Source of the DNA: Candidatus Binatia bacterium
Lineage (GTDB): Bacteria > Desulfobacterota > Binatia > HRBIN30
Length of the DNA: 64,000 bases
Assembly: GCA_038245295.1 (NCBI GenBank)
Contig: JBBRSP010000008.1
Coordinates: forward strand, 32,001 to 96,000
Direction: 5' to 3'
The number at the start of each line of letters is the position of its first letter. The stretch's first letter is position 1. This document shows positions 9,396 to 19,191 of the stretch, piece after piece. Made by a program: the position numbers and the translations under genes. The notes below the pieces were generated by a model. That model had not been told where the DNA came from. It was given only the letters and a program-made list of their open reading frames with translations, and did no database searches.

Positions 9396-10913
9396 TTGAG
9401 CCGCTTCGTGTCGACCATTCAATCAGCGCTCCGGCGGAGTCATCTCGTGCGTGCCGCCATGATCATAATCTTCGTGGCTGCGGCCTACGCTCCGGCATTG
9501 CGCAACGGCTTCGTGCGCTGGGACGACACACTCTTCGTTGTCGAGAACGATGCGTTGCGATCCAACGACGGGCTGGCGCGTATCTGGTCGGCGGCCGAAA
9601 TGCCGGACGGCTTCCCGAACTACCCGTTGGCTTTTACGACGTACTGGCTCGAGTACCGGCTTTGGGGAGAATGGCCGGCCGGCTACCACGCTACCAACAT
9701 TGTTCTGCACGCGGTGAACACGGGCCTGGTGTTTGCTCTAGCCCTCGCCCTTGGCGCATCGCCCTGGGCCGCCACAGTCTGCGCCGGCCTGTTTGGGCTG
9801 CATCCCATGCAAGTCGAGTCCGTCGCCTGGGTTGCGGAGCGCAAGAACGTCCTGTCGTGTTTCTTCGCGCTCCTTACCGTGTTGACGTACATACAACACC
9901 AAGCCTCGCTGCGGTGGCGTTGGTTCGCCGCCTCGGCATTTTGCTTTCTCCTGGCGCTACTGAGCAAAACGGCGGTAGCTCCCTTGCCACTGTCGCTGAT
10001 CGCCATGGATCGCCTGCGTAGCGGGCGTTGGCGCTGGTCGCGCCTGGTGTATGCGGCGTCGCTGCTAGTGATGGCGGCGGTTGCTGGTCTGTTGACCTTG
10101 CATCACGAGAATACGCCTCTCACTGTCCCGCTCGCGCAGCGCCCACTGCTCGCGGCCATGGCGCTATGGTTCTACGCCGGCATGTTGCTTGCCCCGTGGA
10201 ATCTCATGGTCATCTATCCGCGTTGGGACGTTTCACTCACGCATTTGGTTTGGTGGTTGCCGTTGCTGGCCATTCCACCAGCCGTCGCTGTGATCTGGCG
10301 CTTCGCCCGAAGCTTTCGGATTAAATGGGGAACGGCACACTTTGCGTTGTTGTTGCTGCCGGTGCTTGGGTTCCGCCCTTTTGGATTCAACCAGTTCAGC
10401 TTCGTGGCGGATCACCACGTTTATCTCCCGTCCGTCGGCTTCCTGCTGGCGCTTGCGGAGGAACTGGATCAGCTGCGTGCGACGCGCCGCCGCTTGATCT
10501 CGTTGGTGGTGGGGATGGTGCTCGCCTGTTGGCTTGGGCTTACGGAGATCCAAATCACGACATGGTTCGATTCGGAAACGCTGTGGCGCGAGTCGCTGCA
10601 GCGAAACCCTACCCCCCTGGTCCACAATAACCTGGCCGACGTGCTGACGGACCAGGGTCGACTCGATGAGGCGGAGCAGCAGGCGCGCGAGGCTCTGGTG
10701 GATTGGCCGAATTCCGTGTCGGTGCACCGCAACCTTGGGCGGATCTATTTTCTGGCCGGGCAGCTCGCGGCGGCTGAAGAAGAGAGCCGTAAGGCCTTGG
10801 CCCTCGATCCGACGGACCCCAGCCTTCGCCGGAATCTGGATCTGGTTCTGCAGGCGCGACAACACCAGGAAATCGACACGCAGGGCAATGTCCCGCGAGA
10901 TACCGATCCGTAA
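9396..10913 (+). CDS. Second TMTC-like O-mannosyltransferase with a shorter TPR tail
   Basis: Same motifs as 1704-3596 (NGFVRWDD, EMPDGFPNYPL, LHPMQVESVAWVAERK); about 2-3 TPRs. Confidence 0.85.
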   Translation: MSRFVSTIQSALRRSHLVRAAMIIIFVAAAYAPALRNGFVRWDDTLFVVENDALRSNDGLARIWSAAEMPDGFPNYPLAFTTYWLEYRLWGEWPAGYHATNIVLHAVNTGLVFALALALGASPWAATVCAGLFGLHPMQVESVAWVAERKNVLSCFFALLTVLTYIQHQASLRWRWFAASAFCFLLALLSKTAVAPLPLSLIAMDRLRSGRWRWSRLVYAASLLVMAAVAGLLTLHHENTPLTVPLAQRPLLAAMALWFYAGMLLAPWNLMVIYPRWDVSLTHLVWWLPLLAIPPAVAVIWRFARSFRIKWGTAHFALLLLPVLGFRPFGFNQFSFVADHHVYLPSVGFLLALAEELDQLRATRRRLISLVVGMVLACWLGLTEIQITTWFDSETLWRESLQRNPTPLVHNNLADVLTDQGRLDEAEQQAREALVDWPNSVSVHRNLGRIYFLAGQLAAAEEESRKALALDPTDPSLRRNLDLVLQARQHQEIDTQGNVPRDTDP

Positions 10914-11007
10914 GGCGTGGTTGCATCGGGTGGAATAGTCAGTAAGAACCTTCCTGGGCTCGCGGCGCGGGTCCAGATCCGAAATCCGAACTGAACGATG
11001 AGGTATC

Positions 11008-12348
11008 ATGTCCGGGGCTGTCGATACCCGCGATGGCGACCAGCTCGTCGCCGAGGAGGAGCATAGCTTCTTTTTTTTGTCGTCGTTGCTCGGCAAGGCC
11101 GTGCTCGACGCCGACGGCGACTTCGTCGGCCATCTGAACGACCTCGCGGTCGCGGTGTCGTCGATGTTTCCCCCGGTCGTGGCATTTGTCGTGCAACGCG
11201 GGCGCTTCGAGCGCTTTCCGCTTACCGGCCGCTGGGCCGATGTGCAGGACATCTCAGGACCGCAGATTCGCCTCAAGGTTCGCATTCGCGCCCTGACGCC
11301 GTCGAAGATCGACGATCGCGGCGAGATCCTTTTGCGTGAAACCCTTCTCGATAAACAAATTGTCGATATGGACGGCGCCAAAGTTGTGCGCGTCAACGAC
11401 CTGCACTTCTTGAAACTCGGTGGCAGCGAACTGCGTCTGGTGCATGTCGACGTTGGCACACGCGGCCTGGTCCGGCGTCTTGGTTGGGAAGCGGCCATCG
11501 ACGGCCTGGTGCGGCGGTTGCGCCCGCAAGCCAGCTATCTGTCGGCGGAGCGTCTGATTCAGTGGCAATACGTTCAGCCGATGTCGTTTGACGCCAACAT
11601 CCACAACATCCGTTTGAGCGTCATGCAGAAGCAGTTGGCCGAGCTACATCCGGCCGACATCGCGGAGATCCTGACCGACCTCGATTCGCACGAGCGTGCC
11701 ACCGTCTTCCGCGCCCTCGACGCGGAGAAGGCTGCCGATGCGTTGGCTGAGGTGGAAGACCCACGTATTCAGACTCAGCTTCTGGAGACGGTGTCGCCGG
11801 ACGAGGCGGCCGACATTCTGGAGGAGATGGAGCCGGACGAAGCCGCCGATCTGCTCGGTGAGCTGCCCCAGGAGACCTCGTCGGAGCTGTTGCGCAAGAT
11901 GGAGGTCGACGATGCCGACGACGTGCGCGAGTTGCTGGCGTACGGCTCGGATAGCGCCGGCGGGATGATGACAACCGAGTTCTTGGCGTTGCCGGCCGAC
12001 TACAGCGTCGAAGCGGCGTTTGCGCGGCTGCGCCAGGAAGCGCCCGAGGTCGAAGCGATCTACTACATTTTTGTGGTCAGCGCCGACGGTTCGTTGGTCG
12101 GCGTGTTGAACCTGCGCCAGCTGATCATGGCGCAACCGCAGGAGCGCATCGAAGACATCATGATCAAAGATCCGGTGCGCGTGCATCACGCCGACAGCCG
12201 CGACAGCGTCGCCGAAATAGTCGAGAAGTATGATTTGTTGGCCCTGCCGGTGGTCGACGACGGCGACGTGTTGATCGGGATGATCACCGTCGATGACGTC
12301 GTCAGTCACATCGCCAAGCAAGCGTGGAAACGAAAGCTCGGGCGATGA
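11008..12348 (+). CDS. Soluble MgtE-like protein (PRC-barrel-like + MgtE N-domain + CBS pair, no membrane domain)
   Basis: LLDKQIVDMDGAKVVRVND, LHPADIAEIL, MEPDEAADLL, SAGGMMTTEF, LPVVD..GMITVDDV; no TM segments. Confidence 0.88.
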   Translation: MSGAVDTRDGDQLVAEEEHSFFFLSSLLGKAVLDADGDFVGHLNDLAVAVSSMFPPVVAFVVQRGRFERFPLTGRWADVQDISGPQIRLKVRIRALTPSKIDDRGEILLRETLLDKQIVDMDGAKVVRVNDLHFLKLGGSELRLVHVDVGTRGLVRRLGWEAAIDGLVRRLRPQASYLSAERLIQWQYVQPMSFDANIHNIRLSVMQKQLAELHPADIAEILTDLDSHERATVFRALDAEKAADALAEVEDPRIQTQLLETVSPDEAADILEEMEPDEAADLLGELPQETSSELLRKMEVDDADDVRELLAYGSDSAGGMMTTEFLALPADYSVEAAFARLRQEAPEVEAIYYIFVVSADGSLVGVLNLRQLIMAQPQERIEDIMIKDPVRVHHADSRDSVAEIVEKYDLLALPVVDDGDVLIGMITVDDVVSHIAKQAWKRKLGR

Positions 12349-13667
12349 GGGAGAAGGCGCGCGAACGACTCCGGCGTATGCGTTGGCGCAGTAGCTCCCG
12401 GGAGGAGCGCCGCCGCCAGCAGCGTACTTGGTTTCATTTCCGCATTCCGCCGCGCGTCGCCCTGCTCCTGTCGATCATCGGTCCGGGTATCATCACCGCC
12501 AATGTCGACAACGACGCCGGCGGCATTGCCACGTACTCCATGGCCGGCGCGCAGTTTGGTTACACCCTGTTCTGGTCGCTGATCCCCATCACCGTCGCCC
12601 TCGTCGTGGTGCAGGAGATGTGTTCGCGTATGGGTGTCGTCACCGGCAAAGGATTGGCCGACCTGATTCGCGAGCAGTATGGGGTCAAGGCGACGTTCTA
12701 CATCATGGTGGCGCTGCTCATCGCCAACTTTGCCAACACCATGGCCGAGTTTGCCGGTGTCGCCGCGGCGCTCGAGATCTTCGGGATCAGCAAGTATATT
12801 TCGGTGCCCCTGGCGGCGTTGTTCGTGTGGTGGCTGATTGTCTACGGCACCTATCGGCGTGTCGAGCGCGTCTTCCTCCTGGCCTGCCTGTTCTATGTCG
12901 CGTACCTGTTCTCGGGTTTCATGGCCCATCCGGACTGGAGCGTGGTTCTGTCGCAGACGATGATGCCGCGGGCGCGCTGGGACAGCGCGTACGTGGTGAT
13001 GTTGGTGGCGATTGTCGGCACGACCATCGCTCCCTGGATGCAGTTTTACCAACAGGCGGCGGTGGTCGAGAAGGGGATCCAGGTCGCCGACTATCGTTAT
13101 GCGCGTTACGACACGATGGTCGGTTGTGCGGTCGCCGTCATCGTGGCGATGTTCATCATGGTGGCGTGTGCGGCGACCTTGCATCAGCAGGGTGTGATGG
13201 TCGAATCGGCGGCGGATGCGGCGCTCGCTCTGCGGCCTCTTGCCGGTGAATACTGCTCTGCCTTGTTTGCCTTCGGCCTCTTCAATGCGTCGCTATTTGC
13301 CGCCTCGGTACTGCCGCTGGCGACGGCCTATTATGTTTGTGAGGGGTTTGGCTGGGAAACCGGTATCGACAAGAAGCTGCGCGAAGCGCCGCAGTTCTTT
13401 GGGCTCTATACGGCTCTCATTGTGCTCGGCGCGATGTTCATCCTCATTCCCGGCTTCCCGTTACTCAGCGTGATGTTCCTGTCGCAGGTGCTCAACGGAA
13501 TGCTCCTGCCGGTGGTGCTCATCTTCATCCTCCTCCTGGTGAACCGCCGCGATCTGATGGGCGCGCACGTCAACTCGATGTTCTTCAATGTCGTGGCGTG
13601 GGGGACGTCGATCGTCACGATCGCTCTTACGCTGGTGATGGTCGGGGCGCTCCTGCTCGGGTACTGA
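12345..13667 (+). CDS. NRAMP-related divalent metal (probably Mg2+) transporter
   Basis: GPGIITANVDNDAGGIATYS and GTTIAPWMQFYQQ instead of the DPGN/MPH of MntH; about 11 TM; ATGA-coupled to the CBS gene. Confidence 0.88.
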   Translation: MREKARERLRRMRWRSSSREERRRQQRTWFHFRIPPRVALLLSIIGPGIITANVDNDAGGIATYSMAGAQFGYTLFWSLIPITVALVVVQEMCSRMGVVTGKGLADLIREQYGVKATFYIMVALLIANFANTMAEFAGVAAALEIFGISKYISVPLAALFVWWLIVYGTYRRVERVFLLACLFYVAYLFSGFMAHPDWSVVLSQTMMPRARWDSAYVVMLVAIVGTTIAPWMQFYQQAAVVEKGIQVADYRYARYDTMVGCAVAVIVAMFIMVACAATLHQQGVMVESAADAALALRPLAGEYCSALFAFGLFNASLFAASVLPLATAYYVCEGFGWETGIDKKLREAPQFFGLYTALIVLGAMFILIPGFPLLSVMFLSQVLNGMLLPVVLIFILLLVNRRDLMGAHVNSMFFNVVAWGTSIVTIALTLVMVGALLLGY

Positions 13668-13697
13668 CCTGGTGATGGCGGTGTTTAGCCGCCCGCC

Positions 13698-13939
13698 CTA
13701 GAGCCCGACCGGCGAAAGCCGCCTTGGCGTGGGGAAAAGGGGCCAGGACCCTTTTCTGGCAGCGAAAAGCATCAAGTAAAGCAAGCGTCGAACCAGTGGA
13801 AATGGGGGCAGGACCCTTTGCCCTGGCGACCGCATCGAGAATGTAGAATCGAGAGCTCAGAACGAGAACCGGTCATCGAAACTCGATGAGCATCCATTCA
13901 TCGGCCCGCCAAGCCGGCGCCGCGCCGCTCGGGCTCTAG
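13698..13939. mobile_element. MITE-like element bounded by CTAG and imperfect terminal inverted repeats
   Basis: Left CTAG-AGCCCGACCGGCG..GCCGCCTTGGCG; right end (reverse complement) CTAG-AGCCCGAGCGGCG..GCCGGCTTGGCG. Internal hairpin GAAAAGGG..CCCTTTTC at 13734-13756. Confidence 0.55.
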
Positions 13940-14940
13940 CGCAACTTCGAGAAATCGATCGGGTTCGACTGCACCTCCGGCGGCGTCTTCTCAACCCGCT
14001 CGTCACAGGTAAACAAAGTGATCTCATGCGGCCCGCGTGGGGTGCTGCCGTCGACGTGCGTGATGCGGAACTCGTATGTCTCCGACGGCTTGACGATGGC
14101 CCAGCAGCCGTCACGCAGCGGGATCTCGTCATCAACCGGTTGCAGCGTCAGGGTGGCGCCGCCGAGGTCCGCGGTCGCCCGCACGTAGAGCGGCAGCGTC
14201 GTGACGCTGTGCAGTCGCAGCACGGCGCCTTCCAACGTCGCGTAGCGATCGAAGTCGGTACGCACGAAGATGCGCGCATTGCCGGCCGAGATGTTGTCCT
14301 TTACCTTCGAGGTCGTCTCTTCCCAGAAGCGCGACGGGCCGCTGTCGATGTGCAGAAAGTTCTGCGTCTTGTAGAAGCCGACACCGCCGACCTGCAGCTC
14401 GCGTAGTTGTAGCCACAGTTTGCGAATGTCGACGCCGACAAATGCAATATCGGCGGCCAGGCTTTGGGTGTGCAGCGAGGCCATGGCGACGGCGGCGCCG
14501 CGCTCCCCCAGTGCCGCGTTGTACTCGGGGCTGCGATAGCCAGACATCAGGGTCATCTCCTTGGGGTGAAACCGCGTCTGGACGTACGACAGGAGCTCAA
14601 TGGTGCGCAGCGAAATGCTCGATTCCCGCCCATCCTCGCGCGATCGGAAGAATCGGCGGATCTGTTGCAGCGCTTGCTGATCGTACGAACGGTCGGCGCG
14701 ACGATAACGGACGTCGAGCTTCGTATCGAAGTGGCCGTGGCTGAGCTTGAGGCGGCCGTTGCCGGAGAAATAGAAACGCGCTCCGGCGGACGGGTAGGGC
14801 GTAGTGGGTTGGGCGTTGGGCGGGTTGGTCTCCGACGTAGCCGAGCTCGGCGCCCTGTCGCCCGACACCCTACCGCTCTCGGGTACCGCGCATGCCGGGA
14901 GCAGGGCGGTGAGCAGCAGAGCCAGCGTCAGCCGCTTCAT
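13936..14940 (-). CDS. YcbK/DUF882-family (peptidase M15-like) lipoprotein with C-terminal extension
   Basis: Lipobox LLPAC; SGYRSPEYN, SLHTQSLAADI and GGVGFY..FLHIDSG motifs; ATG 14940 overlaps the upstream stop. Confidence 0.82.
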   Translation of the reverse strand: MKRLTLALLLTALLPACAVPESGRVSGDRAPSSATSETNPPNAQPTTPYPSAGARFYFSGNGRLKLSHGHFDTKLDVRYRRADRSYDQQALQQIRRFFRSREDGRESSISLRTIELLSYVQTRFHPKEMTLMSGYRSPEYNAALGERGAAVAMASLHTQSLAADIAFVGVDIRKLWLQLRELQVGGVGFYKTQNFLHIDSGPSRFWEETTSKVKDNISAGNARIFVRTDFDRYATLEGAVLRLHSVTTLPLYVRATADLGGATLTLQPVDDEIPLRDGCWAIVKPSETYEFRITHVDGSTPRGPHEITLFTCDERVEKTPPEVQSNPIDFSKLR

Positions 14941-16142
14941 CGCCGCACGAGCTCGGGTGTCCGACACAAGTCCTTGGTGATGTTCTTCTGGTGCGCTTCG
15001 ATTGTGCCACCGCCGATCTCGAGGAGCTTGGCGTCGCGCCAGAGGCGTTCGACGACATATTCTCCCATATAGCCGTAGCCGCCGAGAACCTGGATGGCGC
15101 GATCGGCGATCTCCTTGCCGACTCGGGCGGCGAACAGTTTGGCGCCGTCGGCATCGACGCGGTTGCCGAAGGAGTTCGGGTCGAGGCGGCGGGCGACGTC
15201 GTAGACATAGGTGCGCGCCGCTTTGTATTCGGAGTAGGACTCGGCGATGTGGCGCTGGATCTGGCCGTGCTCGCGAATCGGCACACCGAACGCATGGCGC
15301 TCGTTGGAGTAGCGGACCATGACTTCGACGCAGCGCATGGCGATACCAACCGACATTGCGGCCAACGTCAGGCGCTCCATCTCGAGGTTGCGCATCATGT
15401 GCTTGGTACTTTCGCCCTCGTTGCCGATCAGGTTGCCGGCCGGGACGATGCAGTTGTCGAAGAGCAACTCGGCGGTCATCGACGAGCGCATGCCGAGCTT
15501 GTCATGCAGCAGCTGACCAAGCGCGAAACCGGTGAAACCTTTCTCGACGAGGAATGTGCTGATCTTGCCGCCGGTCTTGGCGTAGACAAGGAAGACGTCG
15601 CCCAGAGTTTTGCCGTCCACGGCACCATTGGTGATGAACATCTTGCGCCCGTTGAGGACGTAGTGGTCGCCGCGACGGTCGGCCGTCGTGCGCATGCCGA
15701 GCACGTCGGTCCCCGCTTCGGGTTCAGTCATACACATGCCGCCGATCCATTCGCCCGACACAGCCTTACTCAGGACATGGTCGCGTTGCGCGGCACTGGC
15801 GTTGTGCGCGAAGTTGTGGACGAACAGAATGCTGTGGGCCAGGTAGGACAGACAAAAGCTCGGGTCGGAATACGACAGCGCCTCGTGCACCATGACCGAG
15901 GCGACCGCATCGAGCCCCGCGCCACCGTGCTCCTCCGATACGGTCAACCCGAGGAGCCCGAGCTCCCCGCAGCGGCGAAACAACGCGGCGTTGAACTTCT
16001 CATCGCGATTGAACTGGCTGGCCTGCGGCTCGACCTCGTCGCGTACGAAGTTCCACAACGTGTCGGAAAGCAGCCGATGCTCATCGCTCGGTGCGAACAG
16101 GTTAAAGGTCTTGGCAATCGGCGCGGTTACAACGTCGGACAT
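14937..16142 (-). CDS. Acyl-CoA dehydrogenase (isovaleryl-CoA dehydrogenase-like)
   Basis: MTEPEAGTDV, LNGRKMFITNG, KLGMRSSMTAEL, QVLGGYGY, RDAKLLEIGGGT. Confidence 0.9.
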   Translation of the reverse strand: MSDVVTAPIAKTFNLFAPSDEHRLLSDTLWNFVRDEVEPQASQFNRDEKFNAALFRRCGELGLLGLTVSEEHGGAGLDAVASVMVHEALSYSDPSFCLSYLAHSILFVHNFAHNASAAQRDHVLSKAVSGEWIGGMCMTEPEAGTDVLGMRTTADRRGDHYVLNGRKMFITNGAVDGKTLGDVFLVYAKTGGKISTFLVEKGFTGFALGQLLHDKLGMRSSMTAELLFDNCIVPAGNLIGNEGESTKHMMRNLEMERLTLAAMSVGIAMRCVEVMVRYSNERHAFGVPIREHGQIQRHIAESYSEYKAARTYVYDVARRLDPNSFGNRVDADGAKLFAARVGKEIADRAIQVLGGYGYMGEYVVERLWRDAKLLEIGGGTIEAHQKNITKDLCRTPELVRR

Positions 16143-16651
16143 CGGTGAAACCTCCAGCGCTGGATACTCACGTAAACACAAGGTCGGTTCAACTGACGGA
16201 AGGGTGAAGAGTGAGGAGTGAAAACAGCGCAGCGCGCGGCGAACACGAGGGATCGGTACGGATTGTCATGACCTTCGGCCACCGCGGTACAAAGTTGACG
16301 CCAATTCTGAGTTGGAGCCCTCGCTGTGACTCAACAGGAAGCCCCAGGACGGGCTCTCGGTGGTCGAGATGACTCTACCTACGCACGCAAACTCAACGTT
16401 TTTGGGCGATTCGTTGGTAGAGCTATTGAAATCAAAGAGGAATTTTGTCGCTACCGGCTCATCAGATCGGTGAAATCTCGTGCGGCGCAAGCGCCCTGAA
16501 TGAGGCGTCTGATAGTCTCGATTTTTGTGGTGGTCCCGGCATCCGAACCTCCTTTGCGACACGCCAATCGGCCTCAGCAGTTCCGCCCGGTGACCGAAGG
16601 CCCATGCCCGCAACTTGTTCGCCGGACGTGCTTGGGGAATACACAGACCCC

Positions 16652-17413
16652 ATGAGCAGTTTTGATGATCTCTTCGATCTTCGCGGCAAAGTTGCGCTCG
16701 TTACCGGCGGTAGTCGCGGGCTTGGCCGCGAAATGGTGCTTGCCTTCGCGCGTTGCGGCGCCGATGTCGTCATCGCTAGCCGCAAGGTTGAGTCGTGTCG
16801 CGAAGTTGCTGCCGCTGTCGAGGCGCTTGGTCGGCGTGCGCTGCCGGTGGGCTGCCACGTCGGTCGCTGGCAAGACGTCAACGCGTTGATCGACGCTGCC
16901 TACGCCGAGTTCGGTCGTGTCGACATCCTCGTCAACAACGCCGGCATGTCGCCACTCTACGCATCGCTGCGCGATATCTCGGAAGACCTCTTCGACAAGG
17001 TGCAGGCCGTCAACCTCAAGGGACCATTCCGCCTCTGTGCCGAGATTGGCGCGCGTATGATGGAAGGCGAGGGCGGTTCGATCATCAATGTGTCGAGTGT
17101 CGCTGCCGAGAAGCCGACGGCGATCGAGGTACCGTATGCCGCCGCCAAAGCGGGACTGAACACCCTGACCGTGGCGTTTGCGTTGGCCTACGGACCCAAG
17201 GTGCGGGTCAACTGCATCCAGGCCGGCCCGTTTCTCACCGACATCAGCAAGGCGTGGGACATGGAGCTCTTCGAGCGTCACGCCAAGAATGGCTTCGCCC
17301 TGCAGCGTGGTGGCCGGCCCGAGGAAATCGTCGGCACAGCCCTGTACTTGGCGAGTCCCGCGTCGAGCTTTACAACCGGCGCAATCATCAAGGTCGACGG
17401 CGGCATGCGCTGA
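16652..17413 (+). CDS. SDR family NAD(P)-dependent oxidoreductase
   Basis: TGGSRGLG, NNAG, NVSS and YAAAK motifs. Confidence 0.92.
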   Translation: MSSFDDLFDLRGKVALVTGGSRGLGREMVLAFARCGADVVIASRKVESCREVAAAVEALGRRALPVGCHVGRWQDVNALIDAAYAEFGRVDILVNNAGMSPLYASLRDISEDLFDKVQAVNLKGPFRLCAEIGARMMEGEGGSIINVSSVAAEKPTAIEVPYAAAKAGLNTLTVAFALAYGPKVRVNCIQAGPFLTDISKAWDMELFERHAKNGFALQRGGRPEEIVGTALYLASPASSFTTGAIIKVDGGMR

Positions 17414-17417
17414 TCAC

Positions 17418-17599
17418 CTTAGTACTCCGGTTCATTAGTTCGGCGACGTATTTCGCGGCTGTTCGGGAGCATTGGGCTCACGCGCCGCAGGCTGAAGCCT
17501 GCGCCTACCAGACTCCTAAAGCGGACCGGTAGGCACAGGCTTTAGACTGCGGAGGGCGGTTGCGGATGCGTCACCGCATTTGTGCCGAACAGCACTTAG
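17418..17599. repeat. GTAG-type REP doublet (17485-17509, 17528-17552) within a MITE-like element
   Basis: ccgcaggctgaagcctgcgcctacc ... ggtaggcacaggctttagactgcgg; the right arm is shared with 37674-37740. Confidence 0.75.
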
Positions 17600-17742
17600 C
17601 GGCGGACGCTTAAAGCCTGAGCGAACCCTGCGCCGCAGGATCGAGCACAACATACCTTCTCCGTCTGATTGCGAACGCGCGTAACGCTTTCATTCGCTGG
17701 CACCCTAGTTGCTCGACTGAGTTGACAGGAGGTTAGCGCAAC

Positions 17743-19191
17743 ATGGCCCAGGCTTGGTACGAACGGCTGTCCGGACTCGATCAGGCGTTTCTCCACTTCG
17801 AGAAGCCGGGCGCCTATATGCACGTTGCGCTGACGTCGATTTTTGATGCCGGTTCGCTGCTTGGGCCTGAGGGTGGCCTCGATATCCAGCGTATTCGCCG
17901 ATACGTTGGCTCGCGATTGCACCTGTTGCCGCGCTACCGCCAGAGCTTGAGCTACACGCCGCTGACCAACGATCCGGTATGGGTCGACGACGACAAATTC
18001 GAGCTCGAATATCACGTGCGCCACGTCTCGCTGCCGAGCCCGGGGACGGATCGACAGCTGCAGACCATGATTGCTCGCCTACTCGAGCAGCCCCTCGACC
18101 GCCGCCGGCCCCTCTGGGAGGCCTGGTTCATTGAAGGACTTGCCGGCCGCCGCTTCGCGATGTTGAGCAAGGTGCACCATTGCATGGTCGACGGCATTGC
18201 CGGCGTCGACTTGCTCGCGGCCTTGCTCGGCGTCGAGCCGCACAAACAGATCGATAAGGCGGAGCGTTGGCAGCCGCGGCCGAAGCCGGACGGACGCCAG
18301 CTGCTGCGCGATGATCTGGGACGACGGGCGCGCGCATCGGTGAACTTCGTCAGCTCGCTGCCCGATCTCTGGCGCAGCCCTCGGCCTTCTGGGCCGGACC
18401 TCGGAAGTCGAATGTCGGCTCTGTGGGGCCTGCTGCAGACCGGAATCGGCGGCGCCTCGGAGACCTCGCTCAATCAGCCAATCGGGCCCCATCGGCGGGT
18501 CGAATGGCTGAGTTTTGATCTTGCCGACGTAAAGGAGGTGAAGAATCGCTTACACGGAACTCTCAACGATGTGGTGCTTGCGACTGTGGCTGGTGCGATG
18601 CGCGAGTTTTTCCTGAGTCGGCCGGATGATCCTGTCCCCGGCGACTTTCGCGCGCTGATTCCGGTCAGCGTCCGGACTCGCGACGAACGCGGTGAAACCG
18701 GCAACCGGGTGTCCATGTGGATCACGCCGCTGCCATTGCAGGAGAAGCACCCGCTGCGACGCTTCGATGCTGTTCACGCGACGACGTCGAAGAATCGCGA
18801 TGATCACCAGGAAGGAGGTGCCGAGCTACTGACGCAGACCGCCGATTGGACAACCTCACAAGTGCTTGGATTGGCAACGTGGCTACTGACGCAAGCACGC
18901 GTCTTCAACATCGTGGTCACCAACGTTCCCGGTCCACCGGTGCCGTTCTACCTGCTCGATGCACCGATGGCGGCGGCCTATCCCCAGGTCCCGCTTTTCG
19001 AAAGTCAGGGCCTGGGGATCGCGCTGCTTAGCTATGGCGACAAACTGTACTGGGGGTTGGCGGCGGATTGGGACATCGTGCCGGATATCCATCAATTTGC
19101 CGACTGCTTGCGGCACGCCTTCGCTGAGTTGCGCGCCGCCGCCGGGATGCCGATTGTTCACGAAGTGAAGCGCGCCTCGCGCGCCGCTTGA
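17743..19191 (+). CDS. Wax ester synthase / diacylglycerol acyltransferase (WS/DGAT)
   Basis: RLSGLDQAFL, catalytic KVHHCMVDG, TLNDVVLA, NIVVTNVPGP. Confidence 0.93.
   Translation: MAQAWYERLSGLDQAFLHFEKPGAYMHVALTSIFDAGSLLGPEGGLDIQRIRRYVGSRLHLLPRYRQSLSYTPLTNDPVWVDDDKFELEYHVRHVSLPSPGTDRQLQTMIARLLEQPLDRRRPLWEAWFIEGLAGRRFAMLSKVHHCMVDGIAGVDLLAALLGVEPHKQIDKAERWQPRPKPDGRQLLRDDLGRRARASVNFVSSLPDLWRSPRPSGPDLGSRMSALWGLLQTGIGGASETSLNQPIGPHRRVEWLSFDLADVKEVKNRLHGTLNDVVLATVAGAMREFFLSRPDDPVPGDFRALIPVSVRTRDERGETGNRVSMWITPLPLQEKHPLRRFDAVHATTSKNRDDHQEGGAELLTQTADWTTSQVLGLATWLLTQARVFNIVVTNVPGPPVPFYLLDAPMAAAYPQVPLFESQGLGIALLSYGDKLYWGLAADWDIVPDIHQFADCLRHAFAELRAAAGMPIVHEVKRASRAA

Noticed and set aside
16200..16650. 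Small ORFs or ncRNA in the 450-bp divergent gap
   Set aside because: No recognisable protein motif or RNA structure; only a short GAGTGA-like heptamer run.
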